Source: a virus | Virus record (IMG/VR): IMGVR_UViG_3300042731_011014 | Coordinates: 64,001 to 128,000 of that record | Strand: one strand, 5' to 3' | Length of the DNA stretch: 64,000 nucleotides | Part shown: one piece after another, positions 46,983-57,300 of the stretch | How the letters are laid out: each line of letters begins with the position of its first letter | How positions within the stretch are numbered: position 1 is the stretch's first letter | Notes under the pieces: model-generated | Database searches by the model: none | What the model was told of the DNA's origin: nothing | The model's input: the letters and a program-made list of their open reading frames with translations, nothing else | Position numbers and translations under genes: made by a program

Positions 46983-49751
46983 CTATGCAGTTAGTTCTAC
47001 TATTTGCTTAATCTCAGTATTTACACCCTTTGTAATAATCTGATTGTCTTCTATTTCAAGATCTCCATCGCTATTAGCTGATGGCGGCGTATCTGTTACT
47101 GTCGTATCGACAAACCGTGTACCGGTAATCTTAACATTAATATATTCATATTTAGTTGCACCGGCCTGCGTCACAACATTAGCCTTAATTGCCTGATTAA
47201 ATTCGTCTAGACGTAGCTTTTGCCCAAACTCCCTGTTCTTAAAAACAATATCAACCTGCTCACTTACCTCTGTTAAAATATCCGCCGGAGCGAAAAGCTC
47301 CTTCACTTTAACCTTTACCTCAATATCAACCCCAATAAGAAACCTTGCTCCATCTATAGTTGATACTGTTACGGATGCAAGTTTTTTCCCATCAATATTA
47401 TCTTTTAATGAACTTAATAATCCATTTGATGGCGCAGTATAAAAACCATCAGCGTCAACAGTAAGTACCTGTACTTGAATAATATTTGCCTTACATTCTC
47501 CACTGATTACCGTATCGAGATAATCTTCAAGATCTTGCACTGCCGTTGTTACATTTGCCGGAATCAACGCAGTATATCCTATGTATGTATCGCTAATAAC
47601 ACTGTCAGCATTAATCGTATCTGCTAGCGTGTCAATATCATCCATGTCCGTTGAAATAACAGCAGTGTCAGTATCGATTGAATCAACATCGGTCTCAGCC
47701 TGTGTAATATCAGAATTAGCTTCTGTTAAATCAGATTTAGCATTATCTATCGCAGTCGTCGCAGACTCAAGTTCATACTGAAAATTAACATAGATATTCT
47801 TACCGAATTCACCGCTAATACCTTCAGGTGCAATAACAAAATTAACTGTTAATGCTCCTGATGCATAATTAATAGTACTTCCAGTATCTATTCCAGGTCC
47901 CGAAATCGCCCCGGCCCCATCATCAAATCCATAAACAGAGTCACCATACTTTTCCACAATAAGATTGGTGCCAAACATTCGATTACCAGAATATCTAACT
48001 TTTTTATCATTCACAAACTCAAGGATTTGCCTTTTAAGCCCACCAATCCTAATTAGCTTACCAACATCACCTGATAAGAAAAACGCGGCTGTAGCCACCT
48101 CAACGAACCCAGGGGATGTTTCACAATCGCCTGTAACATCCGAGGCAGCAACAACAGGCTCAACTACAATTGAAAGAGATCTGGGTACAATATTTTGAAA
48201 AGTCAGCAATTTATAAAATGATTTTGTCGCCCCATCGCCTTGGGCCATAATCTCCTGAAAGGGAACCGAGCTAGCCGCGTCAATAGCAATATCAAGATCA
48301 CTATTTGCATCGGCAATATGGGACGTTGCATTTGCTGTATCGGTTTTAATTGTCGCTTGCTTAGTTCCAATTGAAGCCAGTATAGACTTAGCACTGGCCG
48401 TCTCAATTTTTACAGTATTAGAACTAGTTCTAATTGCGGTATTTTTTGTTGTTACTGTACTCAAAAAAACAGACAAATTAGCCGTTTGAGTATTTATATT
48501 ATTGAGTCCTCCTTGAATACCAACCTCATTCTCGACACCAAGAAGTCTAATAGCGTTAGCTCTAGCAACCGATCCATAGGTCCCACTGCTGAATTTCTCA
48601 GAAAGAATTCGAAAATCACTTAATGAAACAGCTCTATCAACAGTAGCATACCATTTTGGGGCACTTGCCTGAATCGATGATATAGACTCCTCAGGAGCGG
48701 ACCCGGACGACGCTGAAGAATTATTGCAACTTATATTGATTACAGTAAAGTTAATAGTCAAGGAATCCCTAAATGTTGTAAGGGTCCCCGCCGCAGCAAC
48801 TCCAGCAGTTCCGCTACCAGCAACATACAACACACTGATTTCCGCCCCGGTCTCTGGAATATTTCCAATTGCCCCATTTCCAAACCGAATTGTAGGAGGA
48901 GCAGCCGCATAATCAATCATGAATTGGTTTGATTGTTCGAAATTCAAAAAATCATTTTCCGCCCAACTATCACCATCTACCTTAAGAATAACAGAGTCTT
49001 TAGCAATTGTTTTATCTGAAGGAACTGAAGTTAGCTTAAAAATCTGATTCGCAGTGCCATCGGAAATAAATGATTCATTAATCGTTTCACCCTCATAAGC
49101 AGATATGTTTTGACCAGGAAGATATTGAGTTTTTGTATATGGGTAAACAGCAGAACTTTGTTCGGCAGCGGTAAAAGTAACATCCTGATTTAGTTCATAA
49201 ATTAATCCATTTGGACCATTAATTTTCGAACCCTTAGGCACTGTAATGTCAAATCCATAATTTTGATCTAAGATTAGATCAAGATCAACAGAAGCATTTA
49301 CCATCTGACTAGGCTTGTACCCAAGTAGCCTAGCAAATCTATTTACACTGCTTCTTAATCTAGCCGTTGTTAGAAAATTTTCCTCTGATTGTTTATCCAG
49401 GTACCATGACATTGTATCCAAAGCAAATGATACATATTGGACAATCATAATTGCGATCTGTGACGCATTAAAATCGTTAAAATCATCGCCAAATTGATCT
49501 TTTATAAACGCTAAAATTTCATCTTGAAATGTCCCATAGTCACGACCAGCATATTTTACCCTGGCAAGTGTCGCCCCAATCCTGACAGTATCTCTAATAG
49601 CAGCCCCATACTCAACCACCTCAAAGTCAGTAGTAACCGATGGATCTGTTCCTGTTTTTATGTAAATAGCATCATCAGTGGTATTATAATAAGGATACCA
49701 TTGGCTTTTACCAATCGGATGCGATCCTAACTCATCAAGCGCAAGAATCAT
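46983..49751 (-). CDS. Baseplate J-like wedge protein with a long coiled-coil insertion
   Basis: YAGRDYGT...ENFLTTARLRSSV.R.A.LLGYKP...SDGTANQ.F...IRFGNG..G.IP...DRAVSL.DF. Confidence 0.9.
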   Translation of the reverse strand: MILALDELGSHPIGKSQWYPYYNTTDDAIYIKTGTDPSVTTDFEVVEYGAAIRDTVRIGATLARVKYAGRDYGTFQDEILAFIKDQFGDDFNDFNASQIAIMIVQYVSFALDTMSWYLDKQSEENFLTTARLRSSVNRFARLLGYKPSQMVNASVDLDLILDQNYGFDITVPKGSKINGPNGLIYELNQDVTFTAAEQSSAVYPYTKTQYLPGQNISAYEGETINESFISDGTANQIFKLTSVPSDKTIAKDSVILKVDGDSWAENDFLNFEQSNQFMIDYAAAPPTIRFGNGAIGNIPETGAEISVLYVAGSGTAGVAAAGTLTTFRDSLTINFTVINISCNNSSASSGSAPEESISSIQASAPKWYATVDRAVSLSDFRILSEKFSSGTYGSVARANAIRLLGVENEVGIQGGLNNINTQTANLSVFLSTVTTKNTAIRTSSNTVKIETASAKSILASIGTKQATIKTDTANATSHIADANSDLDIAIDAASSVPFQEIMAQGDGATKSFYKLLTFQNIVPRSLSIVVEPVVAASDVTGDCETSPGFVEVATAAFFLSGDVGKLIRIGGLKRQILEFVNDKKVRYSGNRMFGTNLIVEKYGDSVYGFDDGAGAISGPGIDTGSTINYASGALTVNFVIAPEGISGEFGKNIYVNFQYELESATTAIDNAKSDLTEANSDITQAETDVDSIDTDTAVISTDMDDIDTLADTINADSVISDTYIGYTALIPANVTTAVQDLEDYLDTVISGECKANIIQVQVLTVDADGFYTAPSNGLLSSLKDNIDGKKLASVTVSTIDGARFLIGVDIEVKVKVKELFAPADILTEVSEQVDIVFKNREFGQKLRLDEFNQAIKANVVTQAGATKYEYINVKITGTRFVDTTVTDTPPSANSDGDLEIEDNQIITKGVNTEIKQIVELTA

Positions 49752-49761
49752 ACTCTATCTC

Positions 49762-50130
49762 CTAGGATACTTCCCTGCTAAAATCAACTTGAACATCATT
49801 TGCCTCAGCTAAAAATTCATAAAAAATATCTATTGTTACAATATTCTCATCGACCTCTATATTTACAGAAAGAATATCAATTCTAGGCTCCCATGTTCTT
49901 AAAGATCGATAAACCTCTCTGCGAGCCTTGGCATCAAGTAATTCGTCATTATGCTCAAAAACAAGTTCATAAATTTCACTACCAAAGCCAGGGAGCATCA
50001 CTCTCTCGCCTTTTCTCGTGCTAAGTATCTGCCTAATTGAGCTTTTTATAACCTCTCTATCCTCCTCAGTAGCAGGAATTCCACTTTTTCCTTTTCTAAA
50101 TGGATAAGATATTCCCTTAATCACAGCCAT
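49762..50130 (-). CDS. gp25/GPW-like baseplate protein
   Basis: GISYPF...IKSSIRQILSTRKGERVMLPGFGS...WEPRI. Confidence 0.92.
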   Translation of the reverse strand: MAVIKGISYPFRKGKSGIPATEEDREVIKSSIRQILSTRKGERVMLPGFGSEIYELVFEHNDELLDAKARREVYRSLRTWEPRIDILSVNIEVDENIVTIDIFYEFLAEANDVQVDFSREVS

Positions 50131-50138
50131 AAATCACC

Positions 50139-50645
50139 TCATATCAATGGCATTGGAGGCGGTGGGGGTGGAATAGGAGGTGGTACAATAAATGTAACTA
50201 GCGCTGTCTTTGTTGCCGCATCAATAATCGTAGCCATTTGATTTGCAATACTATCATAAGTGTTTTTTAGGTTAGCCAACGCCCCAGCTATTCCCGGTCC
50301 TATCATTGCCGCACCAGGCATCACAAGGCACATCCCAGGGTGTGGAGCTGGTGCAAACATCACCGGAGGGGCTGTCCAGTAAGCCATAACAGCATTTTGG
50401 ATCGCCATCGCAAACGTCATAGCTTGGCCCTGTGGACTTAATGCACCCATGAGCGTAGTCATCATTAGTGCTTTCTCTGCACCGGTAAAAATCGGAGTAG
50501 ACGGGCCAGCCATAGCCGCACTTGCATAATTTGCATAGGCATCAGCAAAGGCCTTCGCCGCATCAAGATGTTGTTTATTATTCTCAGCCACATCCTTAAG
50601 AAAGGATTTGATCGGGTTAACTAACTTTATCGGAATCAATGGCAT
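50139..50645 (-). CDS. Hypothetical Ala/Pro-rich protein next to the spike gene
   Basis: 168-aa ORF. Confidence 0.6.
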   Translation of the reverse strand: MPLIPIKLVNPIKSFLKDVAENNKQHLDAAKAFADAYANYASAAMAGPSTPIFTGAEKALMMTTLMGALSPQGQAMTFAMAIQNAVMAYWTAPPVMFAPAPHPGMCLVMPGAAMIGPGIAGALANLKNTYDSIANQMATIIDAATKTALVTFIVPPPIPPPPPPMPLI

Positions 50646-50648
50646 AAA

Positions 50649-51326
50649 TCACCTTACTTCTATTATATCACTTTTTAATTCATCAATCTCAGTAAACTCG
50701 TTAAAATATTTGGAATGGAGCCTGCTATGACACTCCGCACAACACCAAACAACATCAAGAGGCTTGCTGTAATCTTTATGGTGAGCTTCTATATTCTTAT
50801 TAGATCCACAAATACCGCACAGCCCCCTTATTAATTTTCCACTCCTAACTGCTGCGCTAACAGCACCTCTGGCCTTTAGTTTTTCTTTATTTTTTAAATC
50901 TAATCTAATTTTTCCGCTCTTAAGTATTAGTTTTTCTTTAATTTCTGGTCTTTGCCTATATTTTTTATACATTTCTTTAATTTCTGGTCTTTGCCTATAT
51001 CTTCTACCGTATTCTCTATTCTTTTTTTTATTTTCCGGCTTCTGCTTAATTATAGCTCGCCTTCCACTAATCTTATACTTCTCTCTATATTCCATCTCTT
51101 TTTGCTTAACATCAAACCTTTGTCGATATTCCTTACGTCTTTCTTTAAACTCTGGAATCTGTTCACGCTCTCTTCTTTTTTGTTTTGTTTCTGGTCTTTG
51201 GCTATATTTTTTTTGGCAATCCCTACAATGGCTTCGCCTTCCATCTTTTGAAGAACTTTTTCTATTAAAACAGTTTAGTGATTTTATTTCTCCACACCTA
51301 CTGCATTTCTTCTTGCCTAAGTTCAT
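50649..51326 (-). CDS. Free-standing HNH endonuclease (N-terminal Zn finger, basic repeats)
   Basis: CSRCGEIK...CRDC; RQRPEIKE repeats; CGICG...EAHHKDYSKPLDVVWCCAECHSRLH. Confidence 0.85.
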   Translation of the reverse strand: MNLGKKKCSRCGEIKSLNCFNRKSSSKDGRRSHCRDCQKKYSQRPETKQKRREREQIPEFKERRKEYRQRFDVKQKEMEYREKYKISGRRAIIKQKPENKKKNREYGRRYRQRPEIKEMYKKYRQRPEIKEKLILKSGKIRLDLKNKEKLKARGAVSAAVRSGKLIRGLCGICGSNKNIEAHHKDYSKPLDVVWCCAECHSRLHSKYFNEFTEIDELKSDIIEVR

Positions 51327-52318
51327 TATTTTTTTCCAAACACTCTTGAACTATATGTTGCTGGAGTAGGTGGCTGTGCTGGAACTGTTGGAGGAGATGT
51401 AGGGCCGACTCCAGATCCGTGAAAATGAGTATTGAATGTTGTATTAATATGATTATCAACCCACGTTTTAAATTGGTTACCTAAAACCATCTTTTCTGAT
51501 GCACCCCCGCCAAGCATAATTTTATCGGCAGTTACTTCAACTTCCTTTGTTTTCACATCAACCTTATCGTCTGATTCAACAAATATTTCACCACCTTTTA
51601 GTGTAATTTTACTACCCCCAGCATGCAAAATTTCTATTTGCTCGCCTTTCATAGTGATTATATTCTCATTGTCAGCCTTATTCGTAATTACAATTTCTTT
51701 GTTTTCAGCATCAAGATAAACTGTATTTTCATTCTTATCTTTAGTGGTGATAGATCCTTTTTCATCCATTAAAAATTCTGATAGCTCAGGATGAATAATC
51801 TTAAACTGATCTTTTTCTGGCTCGCGACTAAAAAGCATTAAAAATGACTTTGCCGCATCGCTAGCAAGCATCTTAATACCGCGAACATATGGCGCTTTTT
51901 TATCAGACTCCTTACCATCCCAATCCTTACCGGGCTGACCCTCTGTTTTAAATTCATCCGGAAGCTCTGACTTGCCCTGGTCCTCCCCTTTATCATCATC
52001 GCTAGCCCACCATTGACCTATATACCATGGATAACGAATATCACCATTTTCAAACCAAACTAAAACAGCTTCATCTTTCTCAGGTGGGAAGAATATTCCA
52101 TGATCTCTACCAGCATACGGCGAACTTGGCCACGCCGGCTCACCAAGCACATCATCGCCAGATACAACAGGCACTTTAACCAGAATCCTACCTTGTCCAC
52201 CTGGATCTGCATTCGCAAAAACAGTTCCATGATAAATTCCATAGAATCTACCATAATATTCTAAACCATGAGTTACTAAGTTTCTAATAAAATTCTTAAT
52301 AAAATCAGCGGCGTTCAT
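51326..52318 (-). CDS. Baseplate spike protein (gpV/gp5/VgrG C-like)
   Basis: YHGTV..NADP.GQGRILVKVP...WP..P.AG..HG.FFPP..DEAVLVWFENGD.RYP..IG; C-terminal HFHGSGVGPT. Confidence 0.92.
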   Translation of the reverse strand: MNAADFIKNFIRNLVTHGLEYYGRFYGIYHGTVFANADPGGQGRILVKVPVVSGDDVLGEPAWPSSPYAGRDHGIFFPPEKDEAVLVWFENGDIRYPWYIGQWWASDDDKGEDQGKSELPDEFKTEGQPGKDWDGKESDKKAPYVRGIKMLASDAAKSFLMLFSREPEKDQFKIIHPELSEFLMDEKGSITTKDKNENTVYLDAENKEIVITNKADNENIITMKGEQIEILHAGGSKITLKGGEIFVESDDKVDVKTKEVEVTADKIMLGGGASEKMVLGNQFKTWVDNHINTTFNTHFHGSGVGPTSPPTVPAQPPTPATYSSRVFGKK

Positions 52319-53712
52319 ATTGCTACCTTAGCATTCCCGCCACCACCACCTTCAGGTTTCTTTTGACTACCTCCAGCCGCGTTTTTTTCACCCTTTGCCT
52401 TTTTTGATACAAGATCTTTATTAACCCCTAAACTAATACCTTTAATACTCATATTGTACCCACCAGACCCAACATCATGGCTAACATTTATGACTCTATA
52501 ATTACCAGATAGCCAAGAAGATCCGAACTCAAACGCAACAATAGATCCAGGATCAGCTACATTTGGAACCCCAATAGTATCAAACTCTAGCGTAACACCA
52601 GCAACACCAAACATGCCATTGATATACAATGAATCAGCTATATCCTTACTATCCCTCTCCTCTCTTGGAGGTCTCGGAAACATCTTACCAGCGTCTCTTT
52701 TATCTTCCTTTATCTTACCTACAAAAATTCCATCTTCATCTTTTATCGTCGATCCAACATCTGAGTTAGATAACTCACCGCCATCGTTAATTGTTTTTAC
52801 CTTTGTTGTTTTTGCTCCAGCCTCAACTTTAACTGATTTTTTCTTATTTAGAGATAAATGCTGGACAACCGCATCCCCCTTTTTTGCGGCAAATAGAGAA
52901 TTAAGAGGTAGATTTACAGATCCAGTAATTGGAAACACATTATCTTTTCCAAATTCCCCAGAATGATAGACAAACTTAATCTTGGGCTCTATCTCCGCCA
53001 TTTTTAGCCAAGAATAAATAACCAAAGTATTTCCTCGCAACTCAGGTGTAGCAAGATTATAAGCGCAAAGCCACTCAATATAATCCCACCCGCTAAGACC
53101 AGATATAATATAACTATTTTTCTTTTCAGTAAACCTCTTCATTTCGCCTGGAGGGGATGATTCTGCACCGGGCATATATATGGGGCCATGCCATCCATTT
53201 CTTTTAACAAGTACCTTGATAATATCTTCAGCAGAATGTTGCTTAGGTAATCCAGTCTCAGATCCACCAAATACCTTAGCAGCCGTAGCAGACTGAGCAA
53301 ACTTATTAAGCCCCTTAGCATTTAATGTTATATCAATCATTTGACCAAGAGTTATACTAGGTGGATCCATTGACACATTAAGCCAATCTGTTTGATGTAA
53401 TGCGTCTGAAGCATACCCCCATCTAACTGATAATCTATTGTGCAATTTAACAAACTCATTTAATCCACTATACCCTCCCACACTAGGATCACCTAATAAT
53501 GCTAAACCCATATCTCGGTTCATCGGCTTCAATGAAACAGAAACCATTGAACTAGATGGTGTCAGCTTAACTGAAAGGGATTCAGCTATCGGAACATGGT
53601 AAAAATCCAATCCTGGATTTTCTCTACTGCCAGGGGTTAAAATAAGCTTTTTCTTATCGGGCGTTACAATCATCGCCTCAAAAAAAGGACTGAAAAAATC
53701 ATACGCTGCCAT
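52315..53712 (-). CDS. Baseplate hub / late control D-like protein
   Basis: Lies between LysM and spike genes; C-terminal GVP...PG.IV.F..G..WLSGNYRV..V.H..G.GGY. Confidence 0.8.
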   Translation of the reverse strand: MAAYDFFSPFFEAMIVTPDKKKLILTPGSRENPGLDFYHVPIAESLSVKLTPSSSMVSVSLKPMNRDMGLALLGDPSVGGYSGLNEFVKLHNRLSVRWGYASDALHQTDWLNVSMDPPSITLGQMIDITLNAKGLNKFAQSATAAKVFGGSETGLPKQHSAEDIIKVLVKRNGWHGPIYMPGAESSPPGEMKRFTEKKNSYIISGLSGWDYIEWLCAYNLATPELRGNTLVIYSWLKMAEIEPKIKFVYHSGEFGKDNVFPITGSVNLPLNSLFAAKKGDAVVQHLSLNKKKSVKVEAGAKTTKVKTINDGGELSNSDVGSTIKDEDGIFVGKIKEDKRDAGKMFPRPPREERDSKDIADSLYINGMFGVAGVTLEFDTIGVPNVADPGSIVAFEFGSSWLSGNYRVINVSHDVGSGGYNMSIKGISLGVNKDLVSKKAKGEKNAAGGSQKKPEGGGGGNAKVAI

Positions 53713-53713
53713 A

Positions 53714-54025
53714 CTATTCCTTTGATCTTAGGACAGCCCCGATAACTCTATTTCTATTCGGTATCCTAATTTTTTTACCCTTAAAAATCCCAAAAGGAGC
53801 AATCATAAGCTCATTTGCCTGCATTATTACCCAATATAATGAAGGATCTCCATAATATTTATAAGCAAGAAGATCCATCCTAGTATTCTCCTCAACAGTT
53901 ATGAAAATATCATCATCTTGCTCTGGGAAATCTTGGACAATTGGTGCCTCAAAAAACTCAACACCATCCTCAAGCCTTAACTCTGTTAAATTTAATCGAC
54001 TATTTACACTAACTGTTACAGCCAT
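53714..54025 (-). CDS. LysM / tail protein X-like baseplate protein
   Basis: RMDLLAYKYYGDPSLYWVIMQAN...GKKIRIP. Confidence 0.88.
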   Translation of the reverse strand: MAVTVSVNSRLNLTELRLEDGVEFFEAPIVQDFPEQDDDIFITVEENTRMDLLAYKYYGDPSLYWVIMQANELMIAPFGIFKGKKIRIPNRNRVIGAVLRSKE

Positions 54026-54103
54026 AGATAATTCTCACTTACAGTGACATAAGGTGGAATAAAATATTCATTTTTGACAAAAACCCATATTTTATAAGTA
54101 TTA

Positions 54104-54199
54104 TCATGCTTTTTCTACACTTACATTATCAAACCATCTAAACCGTCCTAAGTCACATTTTAACCTTTTAGCCTCCTTGATGGCTTCATTTTTTGTCAT
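54104..54199 (-). CDS. Small ORF, 31 aa (MTKNEAIKEAKRLKCDLGRFRWFDNVSVEKA)
   Basis: AAGGAG RBS upstream; below the ORF-track cutoff. Confidence 0.45.
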   Translation of the reverse strand: MTKNEAIKEAKRLKCDLGRFRWFDNVSVEKA

Positions 54200-54304
54200 T
54201 AAAACAATCTCCTTTTTCTAACTACTACCTCACCAATCCAAAAAAAGTAAATAGATTAAAAAACACCACAATTACAACAACTACAACCTTGATAATCTCA
54301 ATTA

Positions 54305-57300
54305 CTATGTAAACCCTCCAAAATCTGAAAACTCACCACTGTCAGCCCTTGCTGCATCCATGAACTTATCAAACTTACCTTTTATAACAATTGGCTGTTT
54401 GGCTATAATCATAATCGCACTTCTAAGCATAGATACCTGATTTGCAAGTGCCGAAATTTGATCCGAAACAGATGATGGTATAGAACCACGTTCGCCCATA
54501 GTAACATCCTGTTCATCCGCGCCTTTACCATTAACAAATCTTTGAACAGTAAGATCGGCAGGTTTAGATGCAACATAATCCTCAGATGTTCTTATTCCAG
54601 TCTCCTTACTCACAACCATCGCTCCTGGTATAATCTTTTGCTCAGGAACAAGAGCATCAATCACCTTCGGTTGTTCCGGCTTGACGATTTCCCTATCAGC
54701 TTTAACCCTTACAGGTTTTTTCATAATAACTTTCTTAGGTTTCCATAACGCCTTCAACTGTTCCGGCTTAGTAACATCTTTTTTAACCTTGATTTTTGCA
54801 GGTTTTTCAGCAATAGTTTTTTTAGGCTTTTCAACTATCTCAGTAGATACAGGAGCGACAATCTTCTTTCTCTCCAACATTTTGCTTATATCATCAAACT
54901 CCTTTTTCTTCATCTTCACACCAGGACTGATAGATATTTCATCCTTACCTAGTTTAGTCTCAATCAATTTTTTAGTTTTCTTAAGATCATCCTCATCAGG
55001 GGAGATTCTTATTTTTCGCATTTTACCAAGTAGAGCCTCAGTTTGCTTTTTATCAAAGCCAAGTGCCTCGCTAGTTTTAGTTACTGCAACCCTAAACTGA
55101 TCAACACGTTTCATTTCCTCTTTTGTTAAAGGCCCTACTCTGCTCATTAAGGCAGTCGTCTCATTAATAGACTTTGCAGATATACCGAAATCCTCTTTAA
55201 TTCTACCAACAACCTTTTGTACTGGACCGAACTCCATATCAAATCTAACCATTTTTTGGAGCCCTTTAGCCATCTCATTCATTTCATCTCGGCTGGCACC
55301 TTTAATACCAGACCCGGCAAGCATTTCTTTAAACCAGTTTTCGCCACCCACCTCCATACCTTTCAACATTTCAATCTTGGCGGCCGTACTGTAACCGGTC
55401 ATACTCTTAAAAAATGCACCTACACGATCCTCTATTTTCTCACCCGCATCCCATCCATGTTTAGCAACTGAATCGTTGAATTTATCAAGTTCACTTTTTG
55501 GCATCTTGATCCCAGGGGCCACAGTAATCGTATATTCCTCTGGAATACCACTATTTAATGCCATGGTAACTTGTTCAAAATCTTTTCTAGTTGGCGGCTC
55601 GATCTTTGCTTTTGTATCACCTGAAGGTCTTCCTGGTGCAGCTCCCCCACCAAAACCGCCACCGCCTCCAAATCCACTCGCCATAGGTTTATCACTTCTT
55701 GGTTTACTTGGTTTTGGCTTAGGCTTGGGCTTGCTTATTTTTTCAATATCGTTTTGGAATTTCTTCTGAATATCAACCTTTATTTTTGCTTTTGCCTTTT
55801 CAGTGTCTTTTGATTTTCTAATCTCTGTCCTGCCAGGTATCCCCTTATCAGCTTCAGAAATCATACGACGATCACGCAAAACCTGTTTCGCATATTGCTT
55901 CCTCGCACTTTTTCTTTCTTTATCAAAAGAATTTAATACTATTTTTTCCTGCTCTTTTGCTTTCATTATATTGGCTAGCGCCTCGTCGGATGATGATGCC
56001 TGCCTCTTAACCTCTTCCCGTCTACTTTTCTCAGTTGCTTTATCTCTTTTTTTAATACCATCATCCCAGACCTGCTCTAACGTCCTACCAGTCCTTTTCA
56101 TTTCGGATTCCATTTTATCAAGGCCAAGAGATTTCTTAATAACATCCAACTTAGGAGTAAATGAAGGCAATGAACTAACAAATTTTAAAATCCCATATCT
56201 AACCTTATCTATCAAAAAAGTAAAAGCATCACTTAAAGACCATACCATTTTTGTAAATACAAGCTTTATTCCGGCAATAGCATCAATGAACATGTGCTTA
56301 AACTTCAACCATCCAATATTTAATTTTGATGTTAGTTTAAACCAAACTTCTTTTATTCCTACTATTGACTCTTTAAAAGATAATTTAATCCCGCTCCAAA
56401 CAATTGACGCATATCCCATAAATTTAGTTATAGTGTTAGACATAACATCAACCATAGACTCCCATAACCCTTTGGCTGTTTCAGCAGATACCCCGACCAT
56501 TTGAAGTATTCCAGAAAAAACACTCTGAGAGACCGACAGCGCCTTGTCCCCGGTTGACATAATTGGATTTTCAATCGCTGCCATCACTTCGCTAGCTACC
56601 CCAGGTAGAACCCTAAAAGCTTGAATAATCAATCCAACAGCAAGTGTACCTTTTAAACCGATTGTTTTAAATATTCCAAAAGCAATGCTTCCAAGCTTAC
56701 CAATTCCACCCATGAGTAATGGTAAAAAATTAAACAACTTTCTAGGTGATGCCAAAAGTCCAAAGGCAAAGGCTCCGCCAATCACTTTGGCCGCATCTCC
56801 AACTTTATCGCCAAATGATTTACTGTCATCATTCCACCATTGGCCAATCTTATCCCATAGTCTTGCTAATCCATCCTTTACCGCCTTAGCTAAGGCACGA
56901 CCTAATCCACCCACAGCCTTGCTTAACCCTTTTTCCATTGGGTCTTTCATACTTTCCGCGCCGGCCTCAACCTTCTTTTTTTCACTAGATCCAAATAATC
57001 CGTCCCATAAGCCAGAAAAAAGCTTCATAATTAAGTTAGATAGCCATTTAGTGGCTTTTACAATTCCCTTACCAATCTTTCCAAAAACCTCACCCCAGTC
57101 CACTTGGCCAATTCTCTCTGAAATCTTATCTATCGACCTAGTTAAAATCGTACTAATTGCGGCAAACATCTTGCTAGCAACTCGTGATCCCGCAGTCTCA
57201 GCCTTTTTTTCTGCCTTCTTATCGCCAAATAACGCATCCCACGCGTCAGATAAAAAAATTCCAATTCTGTCAAAAGACCAATCGATTGCCCTGATTATTG

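Noticed and set aside
54074-54104. Plus-strand TTGACA as an antisense promoter
   Set aside because: No good -10 hexamer at 16-18 bp spacing.
54225-54308. 27-codon hydrophobic frame after the tape measure gene with GGAGG and an ATA start
   Set aside because: No canonical start, short, and explainable by the GT-rich low-complexity tract.
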